From Candidatus Fervidifonticultor sextus (GTDB lineage Bacteria; Sysuimicrobiota; Sysuimicrobiia; Sysuimicrobiales; Humicultoraceae): DNA of 18,074 nt. Shown here piece after piece: positions 7,634-17,054 of this stretch (its first letter is position 1; each line of letters opens with the position of its first letter). The notes below the pieces were generated by a model, which did no database searches, had not been told where the DNA came from, and saw only the letters and a program-made list of their open reading frames with translations. The stretch lies in assembly GCA_031459875.1 (NCBI GenBank), contig JAVKHQ010000045.1:1-18074 (forward strand). The letters are read 5' to 3'. A program made the translations under genes and the position numbers.

Positions 7634-9064
7634 GTGGACCGCGCTGATCTGATCCGACGCCTGCAGGCCATCGTCGGGGAGCCCTATGTCCTCTACCGGC
7701 CGGACGACCTGCTCGTTTACGAGCAGGATGCGCTGATGGTGAGCCGCCGCAGGCCCGACCTGGTGGTCCTTCCCGATGGGACGGCGCAGGTCTCGCAGGT
7801 CGTCCGCGCCGCCCGCGAGGCGGGGCTGCCGGTGGTCCCCCGCGGCGCCGGGACCGGGCTGGCCGGCGGCGCCATCCCCGAGGCGGGGGGCGTGGTCGTG
7901 GCGCTGACCCGGATGACCCGCGTGCTCGAATTGGATGTGCAGAGCCGCATCGCCGTGGTGGAGCCCGGGCTGGTCAACGCCGAGTTCACCGCGATGCTGG
8001 CGGGCCACGGCCTCTTCTTCGCGCCGGACCCCGGCAGCCAGGTGGCGTCGACGATCGGCGGCAACGTGGCCAACAACTCCGGTGGACCGCACTGCCTGGT
8101 CTACGGCGTGACCAGCAACCACGTGCTCGGCCTGGAGGTCGTGCTGGCCGACGGGAGCGTGGTCTGGTTCGGCGGCCGCACCTGGGATGCGCCGGGCTAC
8201 GACCTGACCGGCCTCCTGGTGGGCTCCGAGGGCACGCTGGGCATCATCACCAAGGTCGTCGTCCGGCTGATGCCGCGGCGCGAGGCCGTGCGGACCCTGC
8301 TGGCCATCTACGACACCATGGATGCCGCCTGCGAAGCCACGTCGGCGGTCATCGCCTCGGGGATCGTGCCCGAGGCGCTGGAGATCCTCGACGGGGTCTC
8401 GATGCGGGCCGTGAACAGGACCCTCCACGTCGGCTTTCCCGAGGACGCCGAGGCCGCCCTCCTCATCGAGGTGGAGGGGGTAGCCGAGTCGGTGCCGGTC
8501 CTGATCGAGCGCCTGGAGGCCATCTGTCGGGCGCACGGGGCTCGCCGGATCCAGACCGCGTCCACCGCCGAGGAGCGGCTGAACCTGTGGAAGGGGCGCA
8601 AGCACGCCTTCGGCTCGCTGGGCAGCCTGGCCCGCCGGGCGATCATGCTGGACGTGTGCGCGCCGCGCTCCCGCCTGCCCGAGATCATGCGGAAGGTGGC
8701 CGAGGCCGGACGGCGCTGGAATGTGGGGATCTCCAACTTCTTTCACGCCGGGGACGGCAACCTCCACCCCAACCTCCTCTTCGACTTCGACGACGACTCC
8801 CCGGAGTTCGCGCGCGTGCTCGGCGCCAGCGAGGACATCATGCGGGCGTGCATCGAGATGGGCGGGACGATCACCGGCGAGCACGGCATCGGACTGGAGA
8901 AGCGCGAGTACCTGGGCTGGATGTACGGCGAGGACGACATCGCCGCCATGAAGCGCGTCAAGGCCCTCTTCGACCCGGAGGGCCGGCTCAACCCCGACAA
9001 GATCTTCCCCATCGGTCGGCCCGTCCACGGCGGGCTGCCGCCGGCCGGCGTGGTCTCCGCATGA
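7634..9064 (+). CDS. glcD: FAD-linked oxidase, glycolate/D-lactate dehydrogenase subunit GlcD-like
   Basis: Start reassigned to GTG 7634 (AGGAG upstream). PRGAGTGLAGGA, FAPDPGS, TIGGNVANNSGG, GYDLTGLLVGSEGTLGIIT, HAGDGNLHP, ITGEHGIG, LNPDKIFP. Confidence 0.9.
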   Translation: MDRADLIRRLQAIVGEPYVLYRPDDLLVYEQDALMVSRRRPDLVVLPDGTAQVSQVVRAAREAGLPVVPRGAGTGLAGGAIPEAGGVVVALTRMTRVLELDVQSRIAVVEPGLVNAEFTAMLAGHGLFFAPDPGSQVASTIGGNVANNSGGPHCLVYGVTSNHVLGLEVVLADGSVVWFGGRTWDAPGYDLTGLLVGSEGTLGIITKVVVRLMPRREAVRTLLAIYDTMDAACEATSAVIASGIVPEALEILDGVSMRAVNRTLHVGFPEDAEAALLIEVEGVAESVPVLIERLEAICRAHGARRIQTASTAEERLNLWKGRKHAFGSLGSLARRAIMLDVCAPRSRLPEIMRKVAEAGRRWNVGISNFFHAGDGNLHPNLLFDFDDDSPEFARVLGASEDIMRACIEMGGTITGEHGIGLEKREYLGWMYGEDDIAAMKRVKALFDPEGRLNPDKIFPIGRPVHGGLPPAGVVSA

Positions 9065-10359
9065 GCGAGGCCGCGTTGCCGATCACCGGGGCCCTGCCCC
9101 AGGCGGCAGGAGCGCTGCGGCCTGCCATGCCCCGCATCCCCGAGGTGGAGGCCTGCATCCACTGCGGCCTGTGCCTTAACCAGTGTCCGACCTACCGGGT
9201 CACGCACCTGGAGGCCGAATCTCCCCGAGGGCGCATCTACCTGGTGCGGGCGGCTGCGGAGGGCCGGCTGGATCTCACTTCCAGCGTGGCCGGTCACCTC
9301 TACCTGTGCCTGGCGTGCCGGGCCTGCGAGACGGCGTGTCCCTCCGGCGTCCAGTACGGCCGGATCATCGAGGCGGCGCGGGAGGTCCTGGGGCCCCCGG
9401 GCTCTGGGGCGGGGCGCGCCCTCACGCGCTTGGCGCTGCGCCACCTGATGCCGCATCCGCGCCGGCTGCGGCTGGCCGCGGGACTGATCCGCCTCTTCCA
9501 GCGCAGCGGGCTGGCCGCACTGACGACCCGGGTGCTGCCCGAAGGACTGCGGCGGCGGGCGGCGTTGCTCCCCAAGCCCTCACCGCGGTTCTATGCGGCG
9601 CCGTCTGGGGTGCTGCCGGCCGTCGGCGAGCGGCGCGCCCGCGTCGCCTTCCTCACCGGGTGCGCGATGGACCTGTTCTTCGCCGAGGTGAACGAGGCCA
9701 CGGTGCGCGTGTTACGCCGCAACGGATGCGAGGTCGTCGTCCCCCGCGGGCAGGCGTGCTGCGGGGCGCTCAACGCGCACAACGGGGAGCGGGCTTCAGC
9801 CAGGGCGATGGCCAGGCGCAACATTGACGCGTTCCCCGCCGACGTGGACGCCGTCATCACCAACGCCGCCGGGTGCGGGGCCGCCATGAAAGAATACGGC
9901 CACCTGCTCAAAGACGACGTGCGCTACGCGGAGCGGGCCGAGGCGTTCGCCGCGCGGGTGCGCGATGCCGGCGAGTTCCTGGCGGGATTGGGGCTGCGCA
10001 CCACGCCGGCGCGGCGCGAACTCACCGTCACCTACCAGGATCCGTGCCACCTGGCCCACGGGCAGCGCGTGCGGGCCCAGCCCAGGGCGCTGCTGCAGGC
10101 GATCCCCGGCGTGGTGCTGAAAGAGATGGACGCCTCCGACCGGTGCTGCGGGAGCGCCGGCATCTACAACGTGCTCCACCCCGAGATGGCCGAACTGCTG
10201 CTGCGTGAAAAGATGGAGGCGATCCGCGCGACCGGGGCCTCGGTGGTCGTGGCGCCCAACCCGGGCTGCTTGCTGCAGCTGCGGTATGGCGCGAAGCGGT
10301 TCGGCGTCCCGGTGCGGGCGATGCACCTGATGGACCTGCTGGACGAGGCCGGTGCCTGA
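9061..10359 (+). CDS. glcF: Glycolate oxidase iron-sulfur subunit GlcF-like
   Basis: Start reassigned to ATG 9061 (ATGA overlap with glcD). Two CxxCxxCxxxCP motifs (CIHCGLCLNQCP, CLACRACETACP), ESPRGRI, two CCG domains (ACCGA, RCCGSAG), YQDPCHL, NPGCLLQ. Confidence 0.93.
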   Translation: MSEAALPITGALPQAAGALRPAMPRIPEVEACIHCGLCLNQCPTYRVTHLEAESPRGRIYLVRAAAEGRLDLTSSVAGHLYLCLACRACETACPSGVQYGRIIEAAREVLGPPGSGAGRALTRLALRHLMPHPRRLRLAAGLIRLFQRSGLAALTTRVLPEGLRRRAALLPKPSPRFYAAPSGVLPAVGERRARVAFLTGCAMDLFFAEVNEATVRVLRRNGCEVVVPRGQACCGALNAHNGERASARAMARRNIDAFPADVDAVITNAAGCGAAMKEYGHLLKDDVRYAERAEAFAARVRDAGEFLAGLGLRTTPARRELTVTYQDPCHLAHGQRVRAQPRALLQAIPGVVLKEMDASDRCCGSAGIYNVLHPEMAELLLREKMEAIRATGASVVVAPNPGCLLQLRYGAKRFGVPVRAMHLMDLLDEAGA

Positions 10360-11657
10360 TGCGCGTCGCTGCCCCCGACGTCATCCCGAGACTCCAGGCC
10401 CTGCTCGGCGCCGACGCCGTCATCACCGAGGCGACCGGTCCGTGGGCGGTGGAGGGGATGGTGCCCCGCGCCGCCGTGCGGCCGGCGGACGCCGCGCAGA
10501 CGGCGGCGGTGTTGCGGGTCTGCAGCGAGGCCGGGGCCGCGGTCGTCCCGTGGGGCGGAGGGACCGCGGTCGAGGTCGGCAATCCGCCGCGGGCAGTGGA
10601 GGTCGTGCTGCTCACCGACCGGCTGTCGCGGGTGGTGGAGCACGACCATTCCAACCTGACCGTCACGGTCGAGGCGGGGATCACCCTCGGCGCGCTGGAG
10701 GCCGCGCTTGCCGCGCACGGCCAGTTCCTGCCCCTGGAGCCGCCGCACGCGGAGGCGGCGACTGCGGGCGGCGCCATCGCCACCGCGCTCTCTGGCCCCC
10801 GCCGCATGGCCTACGGGGCTCCCCGCGACCTGGTGATCGGCATCCGCGCGGCCCTGCCGCAGGGGACCGTCATCCGGTGGGGCGGCAAGACGGTGAAGAA
10901 CGTGGCGGGCTACGACATGGGCAAACTCTTCGTCGGCTCCCTGGGCACGCTCGGGGTGATCACCGAACTGACGTTCAAAGTCTCACCGCTGCCCGAGACG
11001 TCGAAGACGATCGTCGTCTGGGGAGGCGATCTCCTGTCGCTGGCGGAGTTCGCCGGCCGGATCGCTGCGTCCCCGCTCCAGCCGACGGCCATCACGGTCC
11101 TCAACCGCGCAGGGGCCGCCGCCCTGGGGCGCGATCCGGCCCTCCTGCTGGTCCGCGCCGAAGGGGTGGAGGCCGCCACCGCTCGCCATGAGCGCGACCT
11201 CACGGCCTGGGCCGCCGGGGCGCGATACGACGCCGAGACGCTGACGGGCTGGGCCGAGGCGGCGACCTGGCGGACGGTCCGGGACTTGGGGTGGAGGGGC
11301 GAGCAGGTGACGATGCGGATCGCGGTGCCCGCCGGGCGGACGGCCGTCCTGCTGGACCGCCTCCGCCAGGTCCTGTCCCCCTCCTGGGGGATCGCCGCAC
11401 ACATGGCGGCGGGGACGGTCTGGATTGCCGCGGACGGGGACCGGCTGGTCCCGTCGGCGCTGGCGTCGGTGCGCGACCTGGCATCCAGTCTGGGCGGCCA
11501 CTTCCTGCTGGCACGCGGGCCGCGGACCTTCAAAGAGGGGGCCGATGTCTGGGCACCGGCGCCCGAGGCCCGGGTGCTGGAACTCATGCGGGGATTGAAG
11601 CAGGCCTTCGACCCTCAGTCCACCCTCAACCCCGGGCGGTACATAGCCGGGCTGTGA
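10359..11657 (+). CDS. glcE: FAD-binding glycolate oxidase subunit GlcE-like
   Basis: 432 aa, TGATG overlap with glcF. VVPWGGGT, LTVTVEAG, GGKTVKNVAGYDMGKLFVGSLGTLGVITE, LKQAFDP..LNPGR; lacks the GEHG catalytic motif of GlcD, as expected for GlcE. Confidence 0.9.
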   Translation: MRVAAPDVIPRLQALLGADAVITEATGPWAVEGMVPRAAVRPADAAQTAAVLRVCSEAGAAVVPWGGGTAVEVGNPPRAVEVVLLTDRLSRVVEHDHSNLTVTVEAGITLGALEAALAAHGQFLPLEPPHAEAATAGGAIATALSGPRRMAYGAPRDLVIGIRAALPQGTVIRWGGKTVKNVAGYDMGKLFVGSLGTLGVITELTFKVSPLPETSKTIVVWGGDLLSLAEFAGRIAASPLQPTAITVLNRAGAAALGRDPALLLVRAEGVEAATARHERDLTAWAAGARYDAETLTGWAEAATWRTVRDLGWRGEQVTMRIAVPAGRTAVLLDRLRQVLSPSWGIAAHMAAGTVWIAADGDRLVPSALASVRDLASSLGGHFLLARGPRTFKEGADVWAPAPEARVLELMRGLKQAFDPQSTLNPGRYIAGL

Positions 11658-11688
11658 GCCGTCGGGCCGCCGGAACCCCATAGCGCCG

Positions 11689-13794
11689 ATGCCGCGCCTG
11701 TCGCTGGCACTGGCCCTCCACAACCACCAGCCGGTCGGCAACTTCCCCCGCGTCTTCGAGCAGGCCTACCGTCAGGCCTACGAACCCATGGTCGCCGCGC
11801 TGGAGCGGCATCCCGGCGTCCGCGTCGCCCTGCACTACTCCGGGCCGCTGCTGGACTGGCTGCAGCGGGCCCACCCCGACCTGCTCTCGCGCGTCCGCAC
11901 ACTGGTCGTCCGCGGCCAGGTCGAGATCATGACCGGCGGCTACTACGAGCCGATCCTGCCCATCATCCCCGACCGCGACAAGCGCGGGCAGATCCTCAAG
12001 ATGACCCGCGCCGTGAAGGAGGTGTTCGGCTACGAGGCCACCGGGCTGTGGCTGGCCGAGCGGGTGTGGGAACCCCATCTGCCCCGCCCCCTCGCCGCCG
12101 CCGGCGTCCGCTACACGATCGTGGACGACGCCCACTTCCTGCACGTGGGTCTGGCCGAAGGCGACCTGGTCGGCCACTTCATTACCGAGGAACAGGGCGA
12201 GGCCGTCAGCATCCTCCCCAGCGCCAAGGCGCTGCGCTACCGGATCCCCTGGACGCCGCCGGACGACCTCATGGCCTGGCTGGCGGCGCAGGCGTCCGAT
12301 GAGGACCGGGTGCTGGTCATGGGCGACGACGGCGAGAAGTTCGGGCTGTGGCCTGGCACGCACCTGCTCTGCTGGGAGCGCGGCTGGGTCGAGACGTTCT
12401 TTGGGGCGCTGGAGGCCTCGCGCGACTGGCTGGCTGTCCTGCCCCCGGGCGAGTGGGTCCGGCGGCATCCGCCCCGCGGCCGCATCTACCTGCCCACCGC
12501 GTCGTACGACGAGATGACCGAGTGGGCGCTGCCGGCCCCGGCGGCGGCCCGGCTGCCTGCGGTGAAGCACGACCTGGGCGCCCAGGGCCGGACCGACGTG
12601 CTGCCGTTCCTCCGGGGCGGCTACTGGCGGCACTTCCTCGTGAAATACCCGGAGATCAATACCCTGCACAAGACCATGCTGCGGGTGAGCCGTAAAGTGT
12701 GGCGGATGCCGCCCGGCCCGCGTCGGGACGAGGCGCTGGATCACCTCTGGCAGGGACAGTGCAACTGCCCGTACTGGCACGGGGTGTTCGGCGGCATCTA
12801 CCTCGGACACATCCGGTCGGCCAACTACGCCCACCTGATCGCCGCCGAGCGGATCGCGGATGCAGGACGCGCCGCCCGCCGCCGGGTCCGCATCCGGCTC
12901 GCCGACCTCGACGCCGACGGCCGGGGGGAGGTGCTGGTGGCCTCCGACGCGCAGGTGCTCACCATCGACCCCGCCGACGGCGGCAGTGTCGTCACCTGGG
13001 ACGTCCGCGAGGCCGGCGTGAACCTGGTCAATGTGGTGAGCCGACACCCAGAGGGCTACCACGAACGCCTGCGCCGGGCCATCGCCGATGGTGAGGTGGC
13101 GCTGGTCGCAGACGACGAGGTCGAGACGATCCACACGACCCGGGTCCGTGTGAAGGAGTGGGGGCTGGAGCGCTACCTGATCGCGGACTGGTACCGCCGC
13201 GCCGGTTTCCTGGACCACTTCCTGGCACCGGGCGGCAGCCCGGCCGCCTTCGCCCGCAACGAGGTAGCCGAACTCGGCGACTTCGTCAACCAGCCCTACG
13301 ACGTGGCGGTGGAGGAAGGAGCGGTCCGGCTCGTCCGCAGCGGCCACGTCTGGGCCGGTGAGAGCCGTCTGCCCCTCCGCGTCGAGAAGGTGCTGTCGGT
13401 GCCCGCCGGCCGCAGCGCCCTCGACGCCCTCTACCGGGTGACCAATCTCGGCGAACGCCCGCTGGTCGCAAACTTCGCCGTCGAGACGAACTGGGGGACG
13501 AGCAGTCCCGATGCCACAGTCGAGGCGGGAGGGACCTCAGGCCGGGTTGGCGACCCGTGGCAGGCTGGCGGGGTGGCTTCCTTCGTGCTGCGCGATCGGG
13601 GCTGGGGCCTGGACGTCTTGGCGTCGATGCCCGTCGGCGGCCTGTGGGTCGCCCCGATTGAAGTCGTCTCCGCCTCCGAGGCCGGCTACGAGCGCACGTT
13701 CCAGGGCGCCTCGCTGCTCGCGATCTGGCCGCTGCACCTGGAGCCCGGCGCGACCTGGGAGGGGACGCTCGCGTTTCACCATAGGATCCGGTAG
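11689..13794 (+). CDS. GH57 alpha-amylase / 4-alpha-glucanotransferase
   Basis: 701 aa; HNHQPVGNF, GGYYEPIL, WLAERVWEP (nucleophile Glu), GDDGEKFG (acid/base Asp), YLPTASYDEMTEWAL, FLVKYPE, QCNCPYWHGVFGGIYL, C-terminal VSASEAGYERTFQG. Confidence 0.93.
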   Translation: MPRLSLALALHNHQPVGNFPRVFEQAYRQAYEPMVAALERHPGVRVALHYSGPLLDWLQRAHPDLLSRVRTLVVRGQVEIMTGGYYEPILPIIPDRDKRGQILKMTRAVKEVFGYEATGLWLAERVWEPHLPRPLAAAGVRYTIVDDAHFLHVGLAEGDLVGHFITEEQGEAVSILPSAKALRYRIPWTPPDDLMAWLAAQASDEDRVLVMGDDGEKFGLWPGTHLLCWERGWVETFFGALEASRDWLAVLPPGEWVRRHPPRGRIYLPTASYDEMTEWALPAPAAARLPAVKHDLGAQGRTDVLPFLRGGYWRHFLVKYPEINTLHKTMLRVSRKVWRMPPGPRRDEALDHLWQGQCNCPYWHGVFGGIYLGHIRSANYAHLIAAERIADAGRAARRRVRIRLADLDADGRGEVLVASDAQVLTIDPADGGSVVTWDVREAGVNLVNVVSRHPEGYHERLRRAIADGEVALVADDEVETIHTTRVRVKEWGLERYLIADWYRRAGFLDHFLAPGGSPAAFARNEVAELGDFVNQPYDVAVEEGAVRLVRSGHVWAGESRLPLRVEKVLSVPAGRSALDALYRVTNLGERPLVANFAVETNWGTSSPDATVEAGGTSGRVGDPWQAGGVASFVLRDRGWGLDVLASMPVGGLWVAPIEVVSASEAGYERTFQGASLLAIWPLHLEPGATWEGTLAFHHRIR

Positions 13795-15851
13795 ATCCCG
13801 TAGGAACCCAGCACCCGCCGCACGTAGGCGCGCGTCTCCGCGAGGCCGATCCGCTCGACGAAGTAGTCGGGATCGGGATCGAGCCCGACCCACCGCCGCG
13901 CCGCGCCCGGCCCGGCGTTGTACGCGGCCAGGGCCAGGCGCAGGTCGCCGTCGAACCGGTCGAGCTGCAGGCGCAGGTAGCGCGCGCCCAGCGCCAGGTT
14001 CGTGGCCGGATCCTTCAAGTGGTGCAGGCCGACGGGCTGGTCTGGGCTCAGCCCTCGGGCTGTGGAGGGCAGGAGTTGGGCCAGGCCCACCGCGCGCGCC
14101 GGCGAGATAACCCGAGGGTCATAGCGGCTCTCCTCCCGCACGAGCGCCAGCAGGAGCAGCGGGTCGATCCCTGCGGCCTGCGCGGCCGCCCCGGTTTCTT
14201 CCCAGAAGGCCTTCGGATACGCCAGCCGCCACGTGCCCCCATCGCGGAAACCTCGGGCGAGCGCGTCCTCGGCGTGGCGGACCGACCGGGCGAGGTCGCC
14301 CAGCCGGTGGTAGACCTCGGCCAGGAAGCGCGCCAGGCGGGGATCATTGGTCCGGTCCAGCGAGGCCTCGGCGGCCTCAGCGGCCTCGACGTCCAGCCCG
14401 AGCCGCGCCAGTTCTTCGTGGACCGGCGCGGGGACATGGCGGGGAGGCACGTGATGCAGGGCCGGCGGCACGACGGGGGCGGGCAGACCCAGGCGCGATC
14501 GCGCCCGCTGGCCGTAGAACGTCAGCGGATACTGCTCGGCCACCATCCGGAGGATCGTCTGCGCCTCGCGTGCCGCCGCCTCGGTCCCCGAGGCTTCCAG
14601 GGTCTTGGCGGCCCAGTACCAGGCCCGCGCGGCGTCGCCGCGCCACTTGGCCACCTGCGCAGCTGCTCGAAAGCGCGCCTCGGCGTCGGCCAGCCGGCCA
14701 GAGCGCAGCGCGATCCACCCGAGACGCCAGCGGGCCTCGGCGGCCTCCTGCTCCTCCGCCTGCGCGGCGATGACCCGGCGGTAGAACGCAGCGGCATCCG
14801 CGGTGCGGCCGGCTCCCTCGGCGCGCAGGCCCGCGCCCAGCCACAGGCGGCCAGCCCACCGCCCGGTGGGCGCGACCCGCTGCAGCGCAGCGGCCGCTTC
14901 GCGCGCCTGCGCCTCCATGCCGAGGCGCCGCGCCGCAGACGCTGCCCAAAACCAGGCGCCCGCCTGATTCCAGCCCAGCGCGGCGGCCCGGCGAAACGCC
15001 TCGTGCGCGGCGCGGAGATCAGAGGTCAGGAGGATCTCGCCCAGCCGGTACCACGCCTCGCCGGCCACGGGGCCGGCCGCCACCGCGGCTGTGACCGCGC
15101 GGAACTCATGCTCGGCCTGAGCCCACTCGCCCTGCTCCGCCAGGCGCGCGCCGCGACGCAGGCGAGTGGGGGCGTCCACATCTCCCGGGCGCATCGGCCG
15201 GCCGAGCAAGTCTGCCAGCGCCTCGCGCGCCAGGCCTTCCACCGGGTCTTGGGGAAACGCCCAGGCGGCGCGCCCCAGGGCGCGCCGCGCCCGATCGCGC
15301 CGGCCCGCAGCGGCCTCGGCCCGGCCGAGCGCCAGCCACACGGCAGCATCATCCGGGCGGAGGTCTGCGGCCGAAGCCAGCGCGGCGGCGGCCGCCTCCG
15401 GCCGCCGCCGCGCCATCTCGGCTTCCCCCAGCGCGACCAGCAGGCGCGCCCTGAGGGCACCATCCGCGGACGCCGCCACCTCCCGTAGCCGCGCCGCCGC
15501 CTCTGCAGGGCGGCCGACTGCGGTCAGCGCCTCGGCCTCGCCGATCAGGGCGTGCCCTCGCAGCATGGGATGGGCGGACGCCAGGCGGTAGGCCTCCGCG
15601 GCCTGCGCGGGTCGGCCGGTGCGGGCCAGGCACCGGCCGAGCAGGAAGGACGCGCGCTGCGCCTCTAGGCCCGAACCCGCCGACAGGGTGGCGAGGGCGT
15701 CGAGCCCCTCGCGGCACGCCGATTCGCGGACGGTGTGCACCAGCGCGTCGAGATCGCCCCGAGCCTCCGCCTGGGGCTGGGCAACCACCAGCATGGCCAC
15801 CGCCGCCAGCGCGGCACGGAGGGCCGGCAGGCACCCGGGGACGCGGATCAC
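13776..15851 (-). CDS. Slt70-like lytic transglycosylase with TPR-like helical repeats
   Basis: Start reassigned to GTG 15851 (GTGA overlap with the arsM stop), followed by a signal-peptide-like stretch (...AALAAVAMLVVAQPQAEA). Ala-rich TPR-like repeats; C-terminal SLT domain VREESRYD, AVGLAQLLP, ALAAYNAGPG, ETRAYVRRV. Confidence 0.9.
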   Translation of the reverse strand: MIRVPGCLPALRAALAAVAMLVVAQPQAEARGDLDALVHTVRESACREGLDALATLSAGSGLEAQRASFLLGRCLARTGRPAQAAEAYRLASAHPMLRGHALIGEAEALTAVGRPAEAAARLREVAASADGALRARLLVALGEAEMARRRPEAAAAALASAADLRPDDAAVWLALGRAEAAAGRRDRARRALGRAAWAFPQDPVEGLAREALADLLGRPMRPGDVDAPTRLRRGARLAEQGEWAQAEHEFRAVTAAVAAGPVAGEAWYRLGEILLTSDLRAAHEAFRRAAALGWNQAGAWFWAASAARRLGMEAQAREAAAALQRVAPTGRWAGRLWLGAGLRAEGAGRTADAAAFYRRVIAAQAEEQEAAEARWRLGWIALRSGRLADAEARFRAAAQVAKWRGDAARAWYWAAKTLEASGTEAAAREAQTILRMVAEQYPLTFYGQRARSRLGLPAPVVPPALHHVPPRHVPAPVHEELARLGLDVEAAEAAEASLDRTNDPRLARFLAEVYHRLGDLARSVRHAEDALARGFRDGGTWRLAYPKAFWEETGAAAQAAGIDPLLLLALVREESRYDPRVISPARAVGLAQLLPSTARGLSPDQPVGLHHLKDPATNLALGARYLRLQLDRFDGDLRLALAAYNAGPGAARRWVGLDPDPDYFVERIGLAETRAYVRRVLGSYGIYRILW

Positions 15852-16594
15852 GCGGCCGGGGGCTTCACCGCCCGCACCGTGGCGCTGAAGAAGAGCCGGC
15901 CGGCATAGCGGCTCTTCGAGAGGACCTCCACGTCGGCAAACCCCGCCTCCCGGATGGCCGCCAGGTAGTCGCGCTCGGGGATCGCGCCGCCCAGGCACGC
16001 GGCCCAACGCTCGGCGGTCACCAGCCAGGACGGCACCGGCCGGCTGGTCACGATGTCGGAGACCACCATCCGGCCGCCCGGCCGCAGCACACGGTACGCT
16101 TCAGTAAAGGCCCGTCGCTTGTCCGGTAGCAGGTTGATGACGCAGTTGCTGATCACGACATCGGCACACTGGTCGGCTAGCGGCAGGTGCTCGATCTCTC
16201 CCAGGCGGAACTCGACGTTGGGCAGCCCCAGCCTCGACGCGTTGGCCTGGGCTGTGGCGATCATCTCGGGCGTCATGTCCACGCCGATGGCCCGGCCTGT
16301 TGGCCCGACCCGGTCGGCGGCGAGGAACACGTCCAGCCCGGCGCCGCTGCCCAGGTCCACGACGATTTCACCCGGTTGCAGTGCCGCAGCCTCGATCGGC
16401 GCGCCGCATCCCAGTGAAGCTGCGGCCAGATCGTCGGGCACCGGCCGGCCGTCGCTGAAGGTGAGCGGCACCGTGCCGCAGCAGGAAGGCCCGGCGCCTG
16501 CCGGGGCGGCCGTCTCGCCGCAGCAGGCGGCGCCCTGCATCGCCGCCTTCGCATAGCGTTCGCGCACTGCCGTCCGGATCGCCTGCTCGTCCAC
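15848..16594 (-). CDS. arsM: Arsenite S-adenosylmethionine methyltransferase
   Basis: 248 aa, GTG start with SD GGAGG; AVRERYA, SCCG, SLGCG, VDLGSGAGLD, GVDMTPEM, FRLGEIEHLP, SNCVINL, WAACLGGA; sits downstream of arsR. Confidence 0.92.
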   Translation of the reverse strand: MDEQAIRTAVRERYAKAAMQGAACCGETAAPAGAGPSCCGTVPLTFSDGRPVPDDLAAASLGCGAPIEAAALQPGEIVVDLGSGAGLDVFLAADRVGPTGRAIGVDMTPEMIATAQANASRLGLPNVEFRLGEIEHLPLADQCADVVISNCVINLLPDKRRAFTEAYRVLRPGGRMVVSDIVTSRPVPSWLVTAERWAACLGGAIPERDYLAAIREAGFADVEVLSKSRYAGRLFFSATVRAVKPPAA

Positions 16595-16595
16595 G

Positions 16596-17054
16596 CTAGT
16601 CCTCCTGCATCCCGGCTGCTGCGCCGAACTCCAGCACCATCACAGCCGAGGCAGCGCATGCCTTGCTGCCGAACTGTGACGAGTGCGCCACCTCAGGGGG
16701 GACCGCGTCCCGGCCCACGCGCCGGAAGCCGAAACGGGTGAAGTAGCCCTCTGCGCCGTTCGTGAGAAGGTAGAGGGCCCGGTGCCCCTGCTGGCGGGAC
16801 CGTTGGATCAGCGCCGCCACGAGCCCCGCGCCGAGCCGCCGATTCCGCCGATCCGGGGCCACCGCGACGGAGCGCAGCAGCCCGGCGGCGCCGTGGTCCT
16901 CCAGCCCGGCGACGGCCACCACCCGGCCGTCCTCCCGCGCGACCAGGAACCCGGCCATCGCCTCCGCGACGCCGTCGGTGGACAGCCCCACGGCGGAGAG
17001 GAGGGCACAGATCGCCTCGAGATCGTCTTGCCCCGCGTTCGTGACCGTCAGCAC
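16596..17054 (-). CDS. arsN2: GNAT N-acetyltransferase, ArsN2-like
   Basis: Start reassigned to GTG 17054 (GGAGAGG upstream, 7-nt overlap with arsR); 152 aa. GLLRSVAV, RNRRLG (acetyl-CoA loop), LYLLT, YFTRFGF, SSQF...CAASA; ars operon context. Confidence 0.82.
   Translation of the reverse strand: MLTVTNAGQDDLEAICALLSAVGLSTDGVAEAMAGFLVAREDGRVVAVAGLEDHGAAGLLRSVAVAPDRRNRRLGAGLVAALIQRSRQQGHRALYLLTNGAEGYFTRFGFRRVGRDAVPPEVAHSSQFGSKACAASAVMVLEFGAAAGMQED

Noticed and set aside
7451..15488. Long opposite-strand ORFs 7451..9028, 11626..13347 and 14019..15488
   Set aside because: Shadows of glcD, the GH57 gene and the transglycosylase; no recognisable domains.
14400..15750. Repetitive GCC/GCG-rich tracts in the transglycosylase gene as possible tandem repeats or CRISPR
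   Set aside because: They encode Ala/Arg-rich TPR-like helices; no fixed-length repeat-spacer pattern.
1..15851. A unified peptidoglycan-recycling locus (Slt + peptide ABC + D-aminopeptidase + D-lactate oxidation)
   Set aside because: The genes lie in three separate transcription units and no MurQ, AnmK, NagZ or AmpG-like gene is visible; too speculative.
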